Source of the DNA: Felis catus
Lineage: Eukaryota
Reading direction: 5' to 3'
Assembly: GCF_018350175.1 (NCBI RefSeq)
Contig: NC_058368.1
Location: forward strand, 178,252,001-178,316,000
Length of the DNA stretch: 64,000 nt
A program made the translations under genes and the position numbers. The notes beneath the pieces were generated by a model that was not told the DNA's origin, did no database searches, and saw only the letters and a list, made by a program, of their open reading frames with translations. Shown one piece after another: positions 60,501 to 64,000 of this stretch (its first letter is position 1; each line of letters begins with the position of its first letter).

Positions 60501-61919
60501 TGTGTCATCACAACGCCCTCCCGGCCGCTCGAGCCTGACTTACCTGTAAGAAAGAACACAGATGGGGATGACAGACACCTTCCCTGGGGACCGGCACGGC
60601 CTCCAGGACTGGGCAACTGCAGCCCCTTGCACCAAAGGAGAGTTGGCTCTGAAAGGGCCACCCTAGCAGGGCAGAGCCATTGGGGTAACCCGCACTCTTC
60701 TCTTGATCTCTTGACCTTGACCAAGTCAACAGCTTGAGAGAAATGTGACCACACATAGAGGTGGGGGCTGGAAAGAGGCTCTTCCCCAGAATCCAGCGTG
60801 ATGGGGAGGCTGTGATGAACACGAATGCACTTCTGGAGGCAATCAGGGATTTGCCTTCTGGGCTGAGAGGTGAGTAATGCCTCTGGGTGTATCTTTTCCT
60901 TGGGGAAATGAACAATAGGGCCAAGAGATACTCTTTTTATTTCACGACCAGAGTGTTTGTGGTTCACTGAATGCTTTACCCTCTTCACAACTGCAAGCCA
61001 AAAGGAATCTGCTACTGTGGGGTGGAGTTCAGATTCTCCTTTAAAGATGACACTCCCCCGGCCTGTTTCCTGTGTGTCCAAAGGAAGCAAAGAGTCCATT
61101 CTGTTCATCCCATGTCAAGCTACCTTTTTATTGTGTTTTCCTTGTAGGATATTCCCAAGCTCCATAGTTCTCCAGACCATGAGGTGTGTTGGGGTCTCAG
61201 GCAATGGCAAGATAGGGCTGAGAGTTATAAATACCAAGTCTTCTCCTCAAATATATATAAACATGACTAACACACATGAGGAAATTTTAGTAAACATGGT
61301 TTATCCCCTCAGGTGATGCTCCATTTCTGATTGAGTTGATATCCTTGGTGTGTATGTGGAGTAAAGAACACTCTTTTATTGTCAAAAGCTTGAAGTGCTA
61401 AACACTTTCACTATCAACTTTCCCTTAACAAGATTAATTTTAACCCAGCTTTGAATACTGACCTCAAGTTTGGGAGCACCACCATCCAGGGGCACATAGC
61501 ACAAACAATAAGGTAAATGTTCACCCGAAATTCAAGACGGCAGCTCTGGACTCAAGTTCACCTAGATTTAATTGACTTTTTCACAGCCTGCTAATGGTTT
61601 TCTAGCACCAGGTTGGGTTAGACAGGTTTCTGCCCTGCATGCTTCCTCATGGTGTTGATATGCTGATGCAGATCATGACCCTCTAGAGCCCACCACTTTC
61701 TGGCCAGTGGGTCACTGTCTTTGTCTCAGGAGATGGGAACAATATCTAATCTGGCCTCACATCAGCCACTCACAAGTCACCCTTTGAACCTCCCTGGTCC
61801 TCATTTCCACAGTGAATTCATCACCAAGTTCTGTTGGTTCTACTCTCTAAAGCTCTCCGGAATCCACTGCCACCATATTAGACCAGGCCACCACCATCTA
61901 TGGAACCAATGGCGAGCGC

Positions 61920-62147
61920 TCAAGCAGCCATCTTGGAGCACGAAGGAGCATCCATAGACTGGTCTTGGCAGAACAGGTAGATAGAAGGAGCCTGAATTCC
62001 TCAGGATTCCTTGAAGCTGCCATATCAGCCCTGTACCAACCATCTCTTGCCATCTTTTATGTGTGAGAGAAATAAGCCTCTTCATGGTCTAACACAATGC
62101 TATTTTAGAGTTTGATCACACGCAGATGAACCCCATCCAACTGAATC
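61920..62147 (+). mobile_element. Old MaLR LTR 3' fragment (MLT1J-like)
   Basis: GCAGCCATCTTGGA...GGCAGAACAGGTAGATAGAAGGAGCCTG...CTTTTATGTGTGAGAGAAATAAGCCTC. Confidence 0.72.
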
Positions 62148-62389
62148 ACTGAGGCAGAGAGACGGGAATCTGACCTGTGAACATATGTACACCAGGTGGA
62201 ACCGGCATGACTCTCAAATTAGAAAGGCTTGGGGGTGGGGAGAGAGGAAGAGAGGAAGGTTCCACAGGTGACAGCAGACCAAGGCACACGTGAAGGAAGT
62301 TATCACTGCAATCACAGGCGGTTGTGCAGTTACACGAGCGTGGGCACTATGTGCCCACCTGTGTTAAACTCAGCCACGCCTCACAGCGC

Positions 62390-62535
62390 ACAATCCTGAG
62401 TCTGGCTCCGTTACGATTTCCATTTTACAGAATATAAAAGTGAGTTTAGGGTGGCGGAGTAATAAAGGCCACACAGTTAGTGTTGGAGGCAGGATTCAAG
62501 CCCGGGAAGTCTGGCTCCAGGGCCTAGCCCCCAAC
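62390..62535 (-). mobile_element. MIR SINE fragment
   Basis: TTTCCATTTTACAGAATATAAAAGTGAG...GGCCACACAGTTAGTGTTGGAGGCAGGATTCAAGCCCGGGAAGTCTGGCTCCAG. Confidence 0.8.
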
Positions 62536-63869
62536 CACCGACTTCCAGAGGTGTGTTTGCTTTCCTGAACTATCCAACCGATAGGTGTTTTGTATGGGAT
62601 ATTTTTGTGTTGTTGAACTACAAACTGAACTGTCCGTCTGGAAGGAAACTATAAGGTACTTTAGAGGGCTTTCAGTTTATTATTATTATTATTATTAATC
62701 AGTAGTGGTAGGAGCAGCTGGAGAGGATTTGGTCAAGCAAAATCTCATGTGGCACCTCGTGAAGAAATAAAAGGTAGCCTGCTGCAGGTGAAGCAGGGTG
62801 TTTGGCCCTACAGAAACCTTGCTTACCCTCCAATTCTGTCTCTCTTCCTCCCCCAACGCGGATACACCAGGGCTCTCCTCCCTGCAGCCTGGCTCTGGGC
62901 CTTCCCCAGGCTGCTGCTGCCCTCTGCTGGGCACATCTGGAATTGGCGGGCCTCTAGCTCCAGACGCAGGTGAGAGGGTCCTCCTGAGGTTTCCTCTGGG
63001 GCCACTGCTCCCGCTGCCCTGTCACTGTTGTGTGGGGGATGGCCACACGACCTGTCAGGAGCTGAAGGAAGAGACTGCTTTATATGTACCTGGCCGCCCG
63101 CAGGAACTACCCACAGGGCTGCTCTGGGCGCCCGAACCAGGATGCAAGGGAAGAGGACTCAGTTGGCCTGGAGTGAGTTAGGGGTCAGGAGGAGTAGAGG
63201 AGGAAGGTCTGCTGGAGGAGCTGGGGCAACCTCCCTATGGCCTTTAAGTGACAGGCCTGCCTCCAGAATACAATTGTCACTTTCATTTTCAGGAAGGGCC
63301 AGAGTGGTGAGATGGTATGCATTCCACAGCTGCCGAGATCTTAGGCTAAGGGCTTTGTCTGCATTCCAGTCTCAGACACTAGGTGTGCAACCTCAGCAAG
63401 GTACTGCCTCTCCTCCGGGCCCTCTGTTCCCATTGGGAACCGGGGGTGCTGCAGGCCACGGAGAGGCGATGGGACAGGTACCCGTGAGCTGGTGCAGGAG
63501 AGTGCGAGCACAAGCCTGGCGTGGGGGAAAGAGCAAAGCCGTGGAGCAAATGCGATTTCTGTCCAAAACACACTTAGCAGATGGCCACAGGGCAGACAGC
63601 TGTGAACGAGGCTACGGGCAAGGGCCAGGGTAACAGGTGGTGCTGTCCTGTGAAATGCCAGCTCTACACCTGGGAGCATCTGGGCCCTCCTGCTGCCACC
63701 TCAATTCTGGCCTACAGTCTACATCTTGGAGATCTCTGAGCACTTCCTCCACTGCCAGGAGCCACTCTCCTTCATCCTTTGGACACCTCTCCCTTCCCGC
63801 TTTGAGCTGAACGGAGAGGGTAGAGAACAGACAAATCTTTCTTCTGGGGTCCCTGCACCACTGTATTCG

Positions 63870-63990
63870 ACATTCATTTATTCAGCAAATATGTGCTGAA
63901 CACCTTTTCTGGGCCCACCACCGTTCCAATCAGCGGTGAACAAAACAGACAATCAACCTTCCCTCATTTAAGGGAGAGAGGAAATCAATA
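63870..63990 (-). mobile_element. L2 LINE 3' end
   Basis: CATTCATTTATTCAGCAAATATGTGCTGAACACCTTTTCTGGGCC...GTGAACAAAACAGAC. Confidence 0.7.
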
Positions 63991-64000
63991 TGTAAACAAG

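Noticed and set aside
60467..61108. 213-aa minus-strand ORF
   Set aside because: No recognisable domain and no exon structure. It overlaps other similar-length frames, as expected by chance in GC-richer DNA.
63028..63633. 201-aa plus-strand ORF
   Set aside because: Non-ATG start, composition driven by GC content, and no recognisable homology.
1..64000. Assigning a gene name or locus to the window
   Set aside because: No coding exon or UTR was recognised with confidence. It needs a BLAT search against a felid genome.

Overview
This window is mammalian nuclear DNA from a felid, most likely the domestic cat or a close relative. The evidence is 14 tRNA-derived CAN-SINE copies, most of the feliform SINEC_Fc type and many with intact target-site duplications (TSDs). 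No host protein-coding gene, RNA gene or CRISPR array is supported. The supplied ORFs are chance frames, SINE read-throughs or decayed LINE-1 ORF2 fragments. The window is intergenic or deep-intronic. It carries many old repeats (MIR, L2, L1M, MLT1 and MER74 LTRs, hAT MER20/MER63) and one Tigger-like MITE. Between the repeats lie about ten repeat-free, A/T-rich blocks dense in homeodomain, PBX-HOX, MEIS, SOX and FOX motifs, which look like conserved developmental enhancers. The best leads are: (i) a triple PBX-HOX plus PBX-MEIS/PREP module at 5.5-5.8 kb; (ii) a CpG-enriched, possibly bidirectional promoter at 23.1-23.8 kb with a strong minus-strand splice donor; (iii) a strong CTCF motif at 14.55 kb; (iv) candidate lncRNA introns/exons; (v) several informative retrotransposition or duplication events. 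I could not identify the locus. Repeat family names are from memory of consensus sequences, not from a search. No novel biological system can be claimed from the sequence alone.
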